Assembly: GCA_030591965.1 (NCBI GenBank) | Contig: JAUVAA010000001.1 | Coordinates: forward strand, 164 to 64,163 | Source: a bacterium | GTDB taxonomy: Bacteria > Pseudomonadota > Gammaproteobacteria > Methylococcales > Methylomonadaceae | Direction of reading: 5' to 3' | Length of the DNA stretch: 64,000 nt | Part shown: positions 33,606 to 44,119 of the stretch, in pieces | Layout: the number at the start of each line of letters is the position of its first letter | Position numbering within the stretch: the first letter of the stretch is position 1 | Notes under the pieces: generated by a model | Told to the model about the DNA's origin: nothing | The model's database searches: none | The model's input: only the letters and a program-made list of their open reading frames with translations | Position numbers and translations under genes: made by a program

Positions 33606-34068
33606 TTAATGCAAAATAAACCGCCATAAAAGCCGAAAATGCCGAACTAGCAACATAACGCCAATCTAAAGGAGTTTTATTCTGAATCATATAGTTAACC
33701 AGCAAAGCAACAGGGAGAGCATAAACAAAAGAATGTGTCGCAATAAGTAGAATACCTATATCAATCGCTTGCCATTTCCCCGCAAAGTATTCAATAAAAA
33801 TTAAATGTCGAGTAATCCATAAAGGATTAAAAAATAACGCAGAAAAAAGCATACGTTTCAGCGAACTTAATAAGCTCTTGCCTTGTATACGTCGATCTAA
33901 ATAATGAAAATAAGTCGGTATTTCTAAAGCATACAAGGTTCCACCCAAAATCAACATACCCACTAAACGCTGGTAAAGAAACTCCCCCGTCAAAAGGGCT
34001 GCAAAAGTGTCCCCTGAGGCATAAACAACGCCTCCCATCCAAGCATTTCTCCAAGTAACTCGTGCCAT
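33586..34068 (-). CDS. Mpv17/PMP22-like membrane protein
   Basis: Four hydrophobic segments with GDTFA, FNP and NY..Q...P pattern; coupled to xdhC. Confidence 0.65.
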   Translation of the reverse strand: MARVTWRNAWMGGVVYASGDTFAALLTGEFLYQRLVGMLILGGTLYALEIPTYFHYLDRRIQGKSLLSSLKRMLFSALFFNPLWITRHLIFIEYFAGKWQAIDIGILLIATHSFVYALPVALLVNYMIQNKTPLDWRYVASSAFSAFMAVYFALSEVLFG

Positions 34069-34148
34069 TAGGATTTCCTATACAAAGCCAATAGCACCTT
34101 CTCGGGCGTCATCGGGGCGGAAATTTTCGGAGTATGTCCCTGCACAGT
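34068..34148 (-). pseudogene. xdhB: C-terminal remnant of xanthine dehydrogenase molybdopterin subunit
   Basis: Translates TVQGHTPKISAPMTPEKVLLALYRKS*, the typical XdhB C-terminal PxTPE(K/R)VL motif. Its TAA overlaps the next ATG. Confidence 0.7.
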
Positions 34149-34149
34149 T

Positions 34150-35790
34150 TTATACCTCTAGCGATGTAAATTGAAAGGTTCGGCCATCAAATAAACCTTG
34201 ATCACTCAGTTTCAGTTCAGGAATAACCAGTAAGGCCATAAAAGATAGAGTCATAAAGGGGGCGCGCAATTTAGAACCTAACTGTTTAGCTTGTTGATCT
34301 AATTGAGCATAATGCGCAGCCACTACTTCAGCACTTTGATCGCTCATTAATCCGGCAATAGGTAACGGTAAAATATCTAAAGTATCTTGGTGACACGCGG
34401 CGATCCCACCTTGTTGATCAATAATTTCATTAACAGCTATGCACAAAGAATCTATATCCGCAGCAACGGCAATAATATTATGCGAATCATGCGCCACTGT
34501 TGAGGCTAAAGCACCTTTTTGCAAACCAAACCCGTGAATTAACGCAACTACAGGTGGCACTTTTTGGTAACGATTAATCACGGTTAAAAATAATATATCT
34601 CGTTCCCTATCGGGCACGATATAGCCTTGCTCAACTTTAGGCGTTGTTTGCCATTCCGGAGTGAGTAACTCACCATCCAGCGCTTTAATCACTCGAACCT
34701 GATCACTATTTGCCAGTATTAAAAAATCTTCTGCAATCACTTTGCGCGCTTGAAATTGATTGCAAGGCTTAGTTATGACTGAAGTGATTAAACTATTACC
34801 TTGCTCGGCAACTAGCTCGCCATTAATCCAGGTTTTAAGCGGCGTTAAATTAATTAAATCCTTTAGCATAACAGCGTCCATGGCATCACCCACTTTTAAC
34901 TGCCCCACAGCTAAGCCGTAATGCATGACAGGGTTAATGCAGGCACAACGCAACACCTTAAACACATCATGACCTAATGCCACGGCTCGCATTGCTAGCT
35001 GATTAATATGACCTGCTAACAAATCATCTGGGTGCTTATCATCACTGCAAAACATAATCTTCTCGGGGTCGCTACTAATCAAACTATGCAAAGCATCAAA
35101 ATTTCGGGCGGCTGAACCTTCTCGTATCAAAACTTGCATACCTGCCGCTAATTTTTGCTCAGCCTCTTCGAGCGTGCTGCACTCATGATCTGTACTAATA
35201 CCAGCTTGCGCATATTGCTTAACTTGCTCGTCCATTAAGCCCGGAGCATGACCATCTATAGGACAGCTATAGTTCCGTGCTAATTCCAGTTTAGCCCAAA
35301 CAGCAGGATCTTTATTTAGTACGCCTGGGTAGTTCATCATTTCTGATAAATAACTGACTTCGCCTGATTTAAACAAACTTTCTAATGCCACCGCATCAAG
35401 TGTCGCGCCAGCTGTTTCAAAAGGAGTTGCCGGCACACAAGAAGGCGCGCCAAAGAAAATTTTAAATGGCGTTAATGTGGCATTTTCTAACATATACCGA
35501 ATTCCCGCCAACCCCATCACATTAGCAATTTCATGCGGATCAGAAACACTAGCAACAGTGCCATGCCGTGTTGCTAAGCGTGAGAACTCGACAGGTGTAA
35601 GCATTGAGCTTTCTATATGCACATGAGCATCAATAAAGCCAGGAATCAGATACAAATACTTAGAACTCTCTTCTCCCAAGCGTTTAATTTCAGTAATAAC
35701 GCCCTCTTGCCAAATAATTTCAGCTAGAAAAACATGCTGTTGCAGAATATCTACATAATTGATTGTCAAATAACCATTGGATTCACGCAT
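34150..35790 (-). CDS. ade: Adenine deaminase
   Basis: PGFIDAHVHIESS, DPHEIANV, IDGHAP, STVAHDSHN and PFMTLSFMAL motifs. Confidence 0.95.
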   Translation of the reverse strand: MRESNGYLTINYVDILQQHVFLAEIIWQEGVITEIKRLGEESSKYLYLIPGFIDAHVHIESSMLTPVEFSRLATRHGTVASVSDPHEIANVMGLAGIRYMLENATLTPFKIFFGAPSCVPATPFETAGATLDAVALESLFKSGEVSYLSEMMNYPGVLNKDPAVWAKLELARNYSCPIDGHAPGLMDEQVKQYAQAGISTDHECSTLEEAEQKLAAGMQVLIREGSAARNFDALHSLISSDPEKIMFCSDDKHPDDLLAGHINQLAMRAVALGHDVFKVLRCACINPVMHYGLAVGQLKVGDAMDAVMLKDLINLTPLKTWINGELVAEQGNSLITSVITKPCNQFQARKVIAEDFLILANSDQVRVIKALDGELLTPEWQTTPKVEQGYIVPDRERDILFLTVINRYQKVPPVVALIHGFGLQKGALASTVAHDSHNIIAVAADIDSLCIAVNEIIDQQGGIAACHQDTLDILPLPIAGLMSDQSAEVVAAHYAQLDQQAKQLGSKLRAPFMTLSFMALLVIPELKLSDQGLFDGRTFQFTSLEV

Positions 35791-36027
35791 AGCTTATTTA
35801 CCTTCTTCAGTAGTTATTACGTAATTAGCAGCCACCCTCAGTGCTTTTTAAATTCATAACGCACCTTTTGATTTCCTTTACCCTGATGTAAAGGGCTTAT
35901 GTAATAATAGCAACAAACAAAATAACATGGATAAAAAGCATAATTGCTTTTCATTTTGGCACGCTGTAGCGCACTAAAACAACTCGCCCCTACCATGATA
36001 ATAAATCAACTACTTTAAGAGTTGCCT

Positions 36028-36708
36028 ATGTCCTTACACCCCTTCCTTTATAATCTTTTCTTGCAAAAAAATAACCGTTTTTTGCTTCTGCTCGTTTCGC
36101 TAATTCTATACTTTCTTATATACCCTATAGTACAAGAAACAGTCATAGCCTTAAAAATACTCAACAGTTATTTTATTTTGCTCGTGCTTTCCAGTATTTA
36201 CGCTATTGCTGATAGTAAACGCCCATTAATAATCAGCTTAATTCTTGCCGTATTAACCATTACATCTCGCTGGCTTTATACTTTTTATGACGTCGACTCA
36301 CTAATTATTCTAGGACATGGCTCTGAAATCATTTTCTGGTTTTATATTGCACTGTATATTCTTAAATTTATCATTCAGCAAAAAATAATTACCCTTGAAA
36401 TGCTCTATGCTGCTTTAGCCGTTTATCTTATTTTAGGGCTAGCATGGACTTCTCTTTATCAATTAATTGAATTCTATAAGCCAAGCTCATTTTTAATACC
36501 CAACGCTGAGACTTTACAGCAAAATTCAACTTTCCAAATGTGGTATTTCAGCATGGTTACATTGACTACGCTGGGTTATGGTGACATTACCCCCGTATCA
36601 ATGATGGCCAGAACCGTGGTGGCTCTTGAAGCTGTGGCCGGACAATTTTACCTAGCCGTATTAATTGCTAATCTAGTCAGCAGAAGTGCAGCGCAAAAAC
36701 AAGAATAA
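36028..36708 (+). CDS. Potassium channel family protein (Ion_trans_2)
   Basis: Multiple TM segments and the selectivity filter YFSMVTLTTLGYGDITP. Confidence 0.9.
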   Translation: MSLHPFLYNLFLQKNNRFLLLLVSLILYFLIYPIVQETVIALKILNSYFILLVLSSIYAIADSKRPLIISLILAVLTITSRWLYTFYDVDSLIILGHGSEIIFWFYIALYILKFIIQQKIITLEMLYAALAVYLILGLAWTSLYQLIEFYKPSSFLIPNAETLQQNSTFQMWYFSMVTLTTLGYGDITPVSMMARTVVALEAVAGQFYLAVLIANLVSRSAAQKQE

Positions 36709-36729
36709 GCCCAGAAATAAAAAATCGAC

Positions 36730-36764
36730 ATAAAAAAAGGGAAGTATTACTTCCCTTTTTTTAT
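36730..36764. terminator. Bidirectional intrinsic terminator
   Basis: ATAAAAAAAGGGAAGT-att-ACTTCCCTTTTTTTAT between convergent genes. Confidence 0.85.
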
Positions 36765-36830
36765 CATTGAGCAAAAATAAACGCCGACTTTATAAGTAAA
36801 CGTCCTTTGCTTAATTATGCAAAACTTAAC

Positions 36831-37154
36831 TTAGCCAGCCACACTATCCGCAGCAGCTAACATTTTTTGTAATTCGCCTTTATTATATAAATCCATAATA
36901 ATATCGCAACCACCGACTAACTCACCTTTAATATAAAGCTGTGGGTAAGTTGGCCACTGTGAATATTCTTTTAAAGCTTCGCGCACTTCTTGATCTTCAA
37001 AAATATTAAAAGAACCATACTTAGCACTACATGCTTTCATGATCTGCGCAACTTGCCCAGAAAACCCACACTGTGGAAAATCAGGCGTGCCTTTCATGTA
37101 TAAAACTACATCATTGCTCGCTAATTGCTCTTTAATTCTGTCTATAACATCCAT
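36831..37154 (-). CDS. grxD: Monothiol glutaredoxin Grx4
   Basis: MKGTP..PQCGFS, WPTYPQLY and GGCDI motifs. Confidence 0.97.
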   Translation of the reverse strand: MDVIDRIKEQLASNDVVLYMKGTPDFPQCGFSGQVAQIMKACSAKYGSFNIFEDQEVREALKEYSQWPTYPQLYIKGELVGGCDIIMDLYNKGELQKMLAAADSVAG

Positions 37155-37330
37155 TACATTTACTCAAATAAGATAAAAACCCAGTAATACTATCAGGAAT
37201 TATCTTGCAAAAAAAGTACCGAGTCAAAACATTTAACTTGCTCATTAAATTTTAGAAAACTATAATCAGCCCTTTTTCAAAAAGACTGTCGCTTATCTGC
37301 GCGCTTTTTGCTTTAAACAAACAAATCATT

Positions 37331-38446
37331 ATGACCAGTCATATCATGCCCACATACGGGCGTCTGCCAGTCACTTTCACTAAAGGCGAAGGTGCATGGC
37401 TCTGGGACCAAAATAATAAACGCTATTTAGATGCGCTTTCAGGTATTGCTGTGTGCAATTTAGGCCACGCGCACCCTGCTGTCCACGAAGCTATCTGCAC
37501 ACAAAGCAAGACCTTGCTACATACGTCTAACCTATACAATATAGAAGTCCAAGAACAACTGGCGACAAAGCTTTGTCAGCTAAGCGGCATGGATAATGTG
37601 TTCTTTGGTAATTCTGGTGCAGAAGCTAACGAAGCGGCAATTAAAATTGCCCGCCTCTATGGCCATAGCAAAAATATTGATAATCCTGCTGTCATTGTCA
37701 TGCAAAAAAGCTTCCATGGTCGTACCATGGGTACTTTATCGGCTACGGGCAACCCCAAAATACAGGATGGCTTTAATCCTTTATTAGAAGGTTTTGTCCA
37801 CGTCGCCTATAACGATGTCGACGCCATCAAAACAACCATTGAACAAAATTCTAATATTGTTGCTGTGTTAGTCGAACCAGTACAGGGCGAAGGCGGTGTT
37901 AATATCCCTACCCCTGATTATCTAAATAAAATTCGCACGCTTTGTGATCAACACGACTTGTTAATGATGTTAGATGAAGTGCAAACGGGCATCGCCAGAA
38001 CTGGTGCTTGGTTTGCTTTTCAACACAACAATATCATTCCTGATGTTTGCACCCTTGCAAAAGCACTCGGTAATGGCGTACCTATTGGTGCCTGCATGGC
38101 CAAAGGCAAAGCAGCAACCCTATTAACAGCCGGCAAACATGGTTCAACCTTTGGCGGCAACCCTTTAGTTTGCAGTGCCGCACTAGCCGTTTTAAATACC
38201 ATAGAAAACGAAGATCTATGCCAGCAAGCGGCAGATAAAGGTAATGCCATTCAGCAAGCTTTTACTGAACAGTTGAAAAACAACAACCATGTCCTTGAAG
38301 TACGTAATAAAGGCATGATGATAGGTATTCAGCTCGACGCACCTTGCACCGAATTAGTTGCGATTGCCTTAGCAGAAGGCCTGCTTCTCAATGTGACAGT
38401 CGAAACCACAATCCGTTTATTACCTCCGCTCATTGTAAATAAATAA
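37331..38446 (+). CDS. argD: Acetylornithine aminotransferase, apparently truncated by a premature TAA (original end about 38506)
   Basis: NSGAEANE, SFHGRT, DEVQTG, AKALGNG, STFGGNP and RLLPPL motifs. In-frame continuation [19 protein letters not shown] follows the stop. Confidence 0.9.
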   Translation: MTSHIMPTYGRLPVTFTKGEGAWLWDQNNKRYLDALSGIAVCNLGHAHPAVHEAICTQSKTLLHTSNLYNIEVQEQLATKLCQLSGMDNVFFGNSGAEANEAAIKIARLYGHSKNIDNPAVIVMQKSFHGRTMGTLSATGNPKIQDGFNPLLEGFVHVAYNDVDAIKTTIEQNSNIVAVLVEPVQGEGGVNIPTPDYLNKIRTLCDQHDLLMMLDEVQTGIARTGAWFAFQHNNIIPDVCTLAKALGNGVPIGACMAKGKAATLLTAGKHGSTFGGNPLVCSAALAVLNTIENEDLCQQAADKGNAIQQAFTEQLKNNNHVLEVRNKGMMIGIQLDAPCTELVAIALAEGLLLNVTVETTIRLLPPLIVNK

Positions 38447-38516
38447 CAAATCGAACTGCTCGTCAGTAAGTTATCTGTTTTAGTTAATCGTCATACACAA
38501 CAATAAAAATAATACT

Positions 38517-39416
38517 ATGAACCCAAGACACTTTATCAGCTTACTTGATTTATCAAGCGATGAATTCCGCGCATTAATTCAGCGCGCTATTGAGTTAAAA
38601 AATACGCGTGATCCAGGCTTTCAACCTTTAAAAGGTCAAGTTTTAGCGATGATTTTTGAAAAATCTTCGACGCGCACGCGTATTTCATTTGAAACAGGTA
38701 TGACACATTTCGGTGGCAGTGCTATCTTTTTATCTCCACGAGATACCCAATTAGGCCGTGGCGAACCAATTAAAGACAGTGCAAAAGTTATCTCTAGCAT
38801 GGTTGACGGCATTATGTTGCGCACCAATGACCACGCGACAGTCACTGAATTTGCCGAGCATTCTAGCGTACCTGTTATTAATGGCTTAACTGACTTGTTA
38901 CACCCTTGTCAGTTATTGGCGGATATGCAAGCTTATTTTGAACATCGTGGCGATATTCAAGGTAAAACAGTGACTTGGATCGGTGATGGCAACAATATGT
39001 GTCACTCTTATATCAATGCAGCGACCCGATTAAACTTCAAATTAAATATTGCCAGCCCAAAAGGCTATCTTCCTGACAGCGAAATCGTTAAATCAGGCGG
39101 TGAGCGGATACAACTTTTTAATAACGCATTAGATGCTGCTAAAGGCTCCGATTTAATAGTGACTGACGTTTGGGCTAGCATGGGGCAAGAAGAAGAGCAA
39201 AAATTACGCGAAGTTGCGTTTAAAGACTTTCAAGTTAATCAAAGCATCATGGATAATGCCCATGCAGATGCTTTATTTATGCACTGCTTACCTGCTCACC
39301 GCGGCGAAGAAGTTACTGCCGAAGTGATTGATGGCAAACAAAGTGTCATTTATAACGAAGCCGAAAACCGCTTGCACGCACAAAAAGCACTACTAGAATT
39401 GCTAATGTGTGCCTAA
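38517..39416 (+). CDS. argF: Ornithine carbamoyltransferase
   Basis: [16 protein letters not shown] and HCLP motifs. Confidence 0.97.
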   Translation: MNPRHFISLLDLSSDEFRALIQRAIELKNTRDPGFQPLKGQVLAMIFEKSSTRTRISFETGMTHFGGSAIFLSPRDTQLGRGEPIKDSAKVISSMVDGIMLRTNDHATVTEFAEHSSVPVINGLTDLLHPCQLLADMQAYFEHRGDIQGKTVTWIGDGNNMCHSYINAATRLNFKLNIASPKGYLPDSEIVKSGGERIQLFNNALDAAKGSDLIVTDVWASMGQEEEQKLREVAFKDFQVNQSIMDNAHADALFMHCLPAHRGEEVTAEVIDGKQSVIYNEAENRLHAQKALLELLMCA

Positions 39417-39462
39417 GTTAGTTAAACTGGATAGAATTACCACCTTGTAATAGGATTTTTTT

Positions 39463-40131
39463 GTGAAATACATTGTTTGTTTTGTTTTATTATTCAGCAG
39501 CCATATCGCGCTTGCGAAATCTGTTTATGTCACCGACAATCATTCGTTTACCTTACGTAGCGGTGAATCTAGCTCACATAAAATCATCAAAATGCTTAAA
39601 AGCGGTACACGCCTTACTTTATTATCAGAAAATAAAGATTCAGGTTACAGCCAAGTACAAACATCGGCTGGCGTAGTCGGTTACATGCCAACGCGTTTTA
39701 CGCTAAACAAGCCAATTAGTAGCTGGTATTTAGAAAAGGCCAATAAACAACTAAAAGTTTTACAAGCAGAAAATGAGCAGTTCAAAACAAGTTTAAAAGA
39801 ATTAAAGAAAAATAATTCTGGTGCATTAAGCAGCAATACTGAGTTAACCAAAGAACGTGACCAACTCAGCACAGATCTCAATGATTTACGCCAAACTGCA
39901 TCTAACGCCATACAACTAAAGCGGCAAAATGTGGAGCTACAAGAGCGCGTTGTTCATGTTGAGCGTGAATTACAACAAATCAAAAGAGCAAAACAAGCCC
40001 TAGAAGACAGTACAAGTCAGGATTGGTTTCTATACGGTGGTATTTTATCTTTTCTCGGCATCTTCTTTGGTTTACTTATTCCAAAAATCAGCTGGCAGCG
40101 TAAGCACTCTAGCAATTGGGATACTTTTTAA
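39463..40131 (+). CDS. SH3-domain coiled-coil membrane protein (YgiM/TIGR04211-like)
   Basis: Signal peptide, YVTD...LRSG, coiled coil, WFLYGG transmembrane anchor. Confidence 0.85.
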   Translation: MKYIVCFVLLFSSHIALAKSVYVTDNHSFTLRSGESSSHKIIKMLKSGTRLTLLSENKDSGYSQVQTSAGVVGYMPTRFTLNKPISSWYLEKANKQLKVLQAENEQFKTSLKELKKNNSGALSSNTELTKERDQLSTDLNDLRQTASNAIQLKRQNVELQERVVHVERELQQIKRAKQALEDSTSQDWFLYGGILSFLGIFFGLLIPKISWQRKHSSNWDTF

Positions 40132-40147
40132 TCCAGCAAACAAACTC

Positions 40148-40173
40148 TTAAGTGCAGATTAGTCTGCACTTAA
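40148..40173. terminator. Intergenic hairpin
   Basis: TTAAGTGCAGA-ttag-TCTGCACTTAA perfect 11-bp stem. Confidence 0.45.
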
Positions 40174-40227
40174 TTCAAACACCAAGCTTTCCATTTATTC
40201 ACTCTGCAATCAAGAAACTCAAATCAC

Positions 40228-41913
40228 ATGGCAAACGATAAAAACACCCGCACCTTTTCTTCTCAAGTTGTCGATGGTATGGAGCGCGCACCCAGCCGTG
40301 CGATGCTTCATGCTGTAGGTTTTAAAAATGAAGATTTCAAAAAACCACAAATTGGCATAGCCTCAACGTGGAGCATGGTGACACCGTGTAATATGCATAT
40401 TAACAAACTAGCTGATAATGCAGCACAAGGCGTTAATGATGCCAACGGTAAAGCCGTTATCTTCAATACTATTACTATTTCTGATGGTATCTCTATGGGT
40501 ACTGAAGGCATGAAATATTCATTAGTTTCTCGTGAAGTCATTGCTGATTCGATTGAAACAGTCACAGGTTGTCAAGGTTTTGATGGCGTTGTGGCTATCG
40601 GTGGCTGCGATAAAAACATGCCTGGCTGCATGATTGCCATTTCACGCCTTAACCGCCCTGCTATCTTTGTATACGGCGGCACGATTTTACCGGGCTGTTA
40701 TAAAGAGAAAAAACTCGATGTGGTTTCGGTTTTTGAAGCTGTTGGTGCTCGCGCCAATAATCAAATCGATGATGCCGAGTTAGCCGCTATCGAAGAAAAA
40801 GCCATTCCTGGTGCAGGTTCTTGTGGTGGCATGTACACAGCAAACACTATGGCATCCGCTATTGAAGCAATGGGCATGAGTCTTCCTGGTAGCTCTGCTC
40901 AAACTGCAGTTTCTGATGAAAAGCGCAAAGATTGTGAACGCGCCGGCGCAGCAGTTTTAGAATTGCTTAAAAACGACATTAAGCCTAGCGATATTATGAC
41001 CAAAGCGGCATTTGAAAATGCCATTACCGTCATTATTGCTTTAGGTGGTTCAACCAATGCTGTTTTACATATGATCGCTATGGCCAATGCTGCCAACGTT
41101 GATATTAAGCTAGACGATTTCACTCGTATTGGCGCTAAAGTGCCTATGGTTGCTGATTTAAAACCTAGCGGTCGTTACCAAATGGCGGAATTAATTGAAA
41201 TTGGTGGTATTCAACCGCTAATGAAAACTCTACTAGAGCGTGGTTTATTACATGGCGATTGCTTAACAGTAACTGGCAAAACTTTAGCTGAAAACTTAGC
41301 TGACGTTAAACCTTATCCTATTGACCAAGATATGATCTTGCCATTGGATCATCCGATCAAGAAAGACAGTCATTTAGTCGTGCTATACGGTAATTTAGCC
41401 GCTCAAGGTTCAGTTGCTAAAATCACCGGTAAAGAAGGCTTACATTTCACCGGTACAGCTAAAGTTTTTGATGCTGAAGAACAAGCTTTACAAGGTATCT
41501 TAAACGGCGATATCGTTAAAGGTGACGTGATTGTTATTCGTTACGAAGGCCCTAAAGGTGGCCCAGGTATGCGTGAAATGCTTTCACCAACTTCTGCCAT
41601 TATGGGGAAAGGCTTAGGCAAAGAAGTCGCACTGATAACTGACGGTCGTTTTTCAGGCGGTACACACGGCTTTGTAGTGGGTCATATCACTCCAGAAGCG
41701 CATGTCGGTGGTACTTTAGCGATTGTTGAAAATGGCGACAAAATCACCATTGACGCAGAAACTAAAAACCTAACTCTACATGTAGATGATGCAGAGATTG
41801 CCGCGCGCTTAGCTAAATGGCAGCAACCTGCACCTAAATACACACGAGGCGTGTTAGCTAAATACGCTAAGTTAGTGAGCTCTGCTTCTGAAGGCGCAGT
41901 GACAGACAATTAA
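40228..41913 (+). CDS. ilvD: Dihydroxy-acid dehydratase
   Basis: [28 protein letters not shown] and TDGRFSG motifs. Confidence 0.98.
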   Translation: MANDKNTRTFSSQVVDGMERAPSRAMLHAVGFKNEDFKKPQIGIASTWSMVTPCNMHINKLADNAAQGVNDANGKAVIFNTITISDGISMGTEGMKYSLVSREVIADSIETVTGCQGFDGVVAIGGCDKNMPGCMIAISRLNRPAIFVYGGTILPGCYKEKKLDVVSVFEAVGARANNQIDDAELAAIEEKAIPGAGSCGGMYTANTMASAIEAMGMSLPGSSAQTAVSDEKRKDCERAGAAVLELLKNDIKPSDIMTKAAFENAITVIIALGGSTNAVLHMIAMANAANVDIKLDDFTRIGAKVPMVADLKPSGRYQMAELIEIGGIQPLMKTLLERGLLHGDCLTVTGKTLAENLADVKPYPIDQDMILPLDHPIKKDSHLVVLYGNLAAQGSVAKITGKEGLHFTGTAKVFDAEEQALQGILNGDIVKGDVIVIRYEGPKGGPGMREMLSPTSAIMGKGLGKEVALITDGRFSGGTHGFVVGHITPEAHVGGTLAIVENGDKITIDAETKNLTLHVDDAEIAARLAKWQQPAPKYTRGVLAKYAKLVSSASEGAVTDN

Positions 41914-41927
41914 GCTTTAGTTTAAAA

Positions 41928-41960
41928 GCGCCCTTATGCTCAATTTGAGCATAAGGGCGC
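41928..41960. terminator. Strong intergenic hairpin after ilvD
   Basis: GCGCCCTTATGCTCA-att-TGAGCATAAGGGCGC perfect 15-bp stem; no U-tract on the + strand. Confidence 0.5.
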
Positions 41961-41984
41961 AATACCCACCATACTCCCCCATCA

Positions 41985-43301
41985 ATGCATAATTCTAGCT
42001 CTTTCGTTAACTGGTTTCGGGACTCATCTCCTTATATCCACGCGCATCGCAATCGGACTTTTGTCATCTACTTTGGTGGTGAAGTCATTTTAGATGCCAG
42101 CTTAAATAGTCTTGTACATGATTTTGCCTTATTAAACAGCTTAGGCATACGTTTAGTTTTAGTGCATGGTATTCGGCCACAAATCGATCTACGTTTAAAA
42201 AAACAAAATCTACCCTCAATATTTCATGAACAACTGCGCATTACCGATGCCAATGCTCTGCAATGCGTTAAGGAAGCGGCCGGTTTAGTCCGCGTAGAAA
42301 TTGAATCTTTGCTCTCTTTAGGTGTTGCGAATTCGCCTATGTCCGGTGCAAAAATTCGTGTCATTTCGGGAAACTTTGTGACCGCCCAGCCTCAAGGGGT
42401 TATTAATGGCGTTGATTTGCAATATACCGGCAAAGTAAGGCGCGTAGACAGTGCCGCAATTCAGCAACAACTGGATTTAGGCCATGTCGTGCTTATATCG
42501 CCCGTTGGTTATTCGCCCAGTGGTGATTTATTTAATTTATCAGCCGAACAGCTTGCCACCGATGTTGCCATTGCCTTGCAAGCAGAAAAGCTTATATTAA
42601 TGACCGAACAAAGCTGTCACTCAACCGAGTCGGGACAACTGATTGCTCAAATGACGACAGCGGAAACACAAGATTTTATTGATCACGAGCCACAGCTCAA
42701 ATTCAGCACAAAACATGCATTACAGTCAGCCATTCAAGGCTGTAAATCCGGTGTTGCTCGCGTGCATATTTTAAATAGAAAAGTTGACGGTGCATTACTG
42801 ACAGAGTTGTTTAGTCGCGATGGCGTTGGCACTTTAATTAGTTCCACAGAATTTGAATCGATACGCCCTGCTGCTTTAAACGATATTCCGGGTATTCTTG
42901 AATTAATAACCCCGCTAGAACAGCAAGGCTTGTTGGTCGCTCGCTCCGAAGAGCATTTAGAAATCAATATTAATGACTATATCGTCATCGAACGAGATGG
43001 CTTAATTATTGGCTGTACCGCATTACACAAAATAACCAACAGCCATGCTGGCTTAATTGCCTGTATGGCCATACACCCCGACTATCGCAAAGCGGCACGC
43101 GGCAATCAACTATTAGAGCAGTTACTTATCAAAGCCAAGCAAAATTCGCTACAGCAATTGTTCGCGCTATCCACACAAACTATGCACTGGTTTAAAGAGC
43201 GCGATTTTCAAGAAAGCCACTTCAACGAACTACCGCCCGCCTTACAAGAAAATTACAATCATTTACGTAATTCTAAAGTATTGAAAAAAACTGTCACTTA
43301 A
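41985..43301 (+). CDS. argA: Amino-acid N-acetyltransferase (N-acetylglutamate synthase)
   Basis: WFRDSSPYIHAHR, LVHGIRPQI and ELFSRDGVGT motifs, C-terminal GNAT domain, RNSKV. Confidence 0.96.
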   Translation: MHNSSSFVNWFRDSSPYIHAHRNRTFVIYFGGEVILDASLNSLVHDFALLNSLGIRLVLVHGIRPQIDLRLKKQNLPSIFHEQLRITDANALQCVKEAAGLVRVEIESLLSLGVANSPMSGAKIRVISGNFVTAQPQGVINGVDLQYTGKVRRVDSAAIQQQLDLGHVVLISPVGYSPSGDLFNLSAEQLATDVAIALQAEKLILMTEQSCHSTESGQLIAQMTTAETQDFIDHEPQLKFSTKHALQSAIQGCKSGVARVHILNRKVDGALLTELFSRDGVGTLISSTEFESIRPAALNDIPGILELITPLEQQGLLVARSEEHLEININDYIVIERDGLIIGCTALHKITNSHAGLIACMAIHPDYRKAARGNQLLEQLLIKAKQNSLQQLFALSTQTMHWFKERDFQESHFNELPPALQENYNHLRNSKVLKKTVT

Positions 43302-43601
43302 AAACAGTTACAGCACAAAGAGCATAGAATCGTGCCAAATAATTTATACATTGTCATCTGGGGGGGCAGGTCTTCATCCTGCATTTCAAAAGGCAGACTA
43401 ACTACTGCTCCCCATTGTGTTCAAGTTATTTCGTGCATGTTCCATAGAAAAAACTAATACTCTCTGTGCTTAACTCTTGTTTTCATCCACAAACCCGTGA
43501 CGATTACATGGGTAAATAGCGCATAAACACCTAGGCAATTGTTCATTACTCGACATTCGCGTAAAATCAAGGCTCAGATTCACTTTAAGCACAATACACC
43601 T

Positions 43602-43997
43602 ATGAAAAAAGCACTCTTATTCGTACTCTGCGTACTTTCATTACAAACCATCGCAGCAGAAAAAACTCAGCCTTCAGGCGCAACATGGACAGGTTCTGAC
43701 CTTTCCGAAGCAACTATAAATCAAGTACAAACAGATAAATATAACTACACTCAATGCATTTATAAAGAAGCGCAAAAGCAAGGCTATCAAAAAATTGATT
43801 CTCGCGTTGCAACCGATGCCGTTATGAAACAATGCGAAAAAGAACTGTCAAAAATTCGCTCTACTTTTACTAATAGTGGCGTACCTGGCATTGTTGCTGA
43901 CCGCTATCTCAAAAAAACGCGCATAGATATGACACGAAAAATACTAAAATCATTAATATTTGCTGAAGCAGCGCGTAAATCAGGCGCACCCCAGTAA
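43602..43997 (+). CDS. Hypothetical secreted protein
   Basis: MKKALLFVLCVLSLQTIA signal peptide; two Cys in a helical mature domain. Confidence 0.7.
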   Translation: MKKALLFVLCVLSLQTIAAEKTQPSGATWTGSDLSEATINQVQTDKYNYTQCIYKEAQKQGYQKIDSRVATDAVMKQCEKELSKIRSTFTNSGVPGIVADRYLKKTRIDMTRKILKSLIFAEAARKSGAPQ

Positions 43998-44048
43998 TAC
44001 TGATGCCACAAAGAAATCATACTTAAATAAAAAGTAATTATCAAATAG

Positions 44049-44096
44049 TGTGGGAGCGACTTTAGTTGCGAAACCGTGGCTAAAGTCACTCCCACA
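44049..44096. repeat. GTGG-type REP doublet
   Basis: TGTGGGAGCGACTTTAGTTGCG-aaac-CGTGGCTAAAGTCACTCCCACA. Related degenerate half at about 50551-50573. Confidence 0.75.
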
Positions 44097-44119
44097 GAAT
44101 ACTAAAATACACAACACTT

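Noticed and set aside
35957-35973. Possible sigma54 promoter TGGCACGCTGTAGCGC before the K+ channel
   Set aside because: GG-to-GC spacing is 9 or 11 rather than 10.
43322-43338. Possible minus-strand sigma54 motif TTGGCACGATTCTATGC
   Set aside because: Spacing is off by one and it would point antisense into argA.
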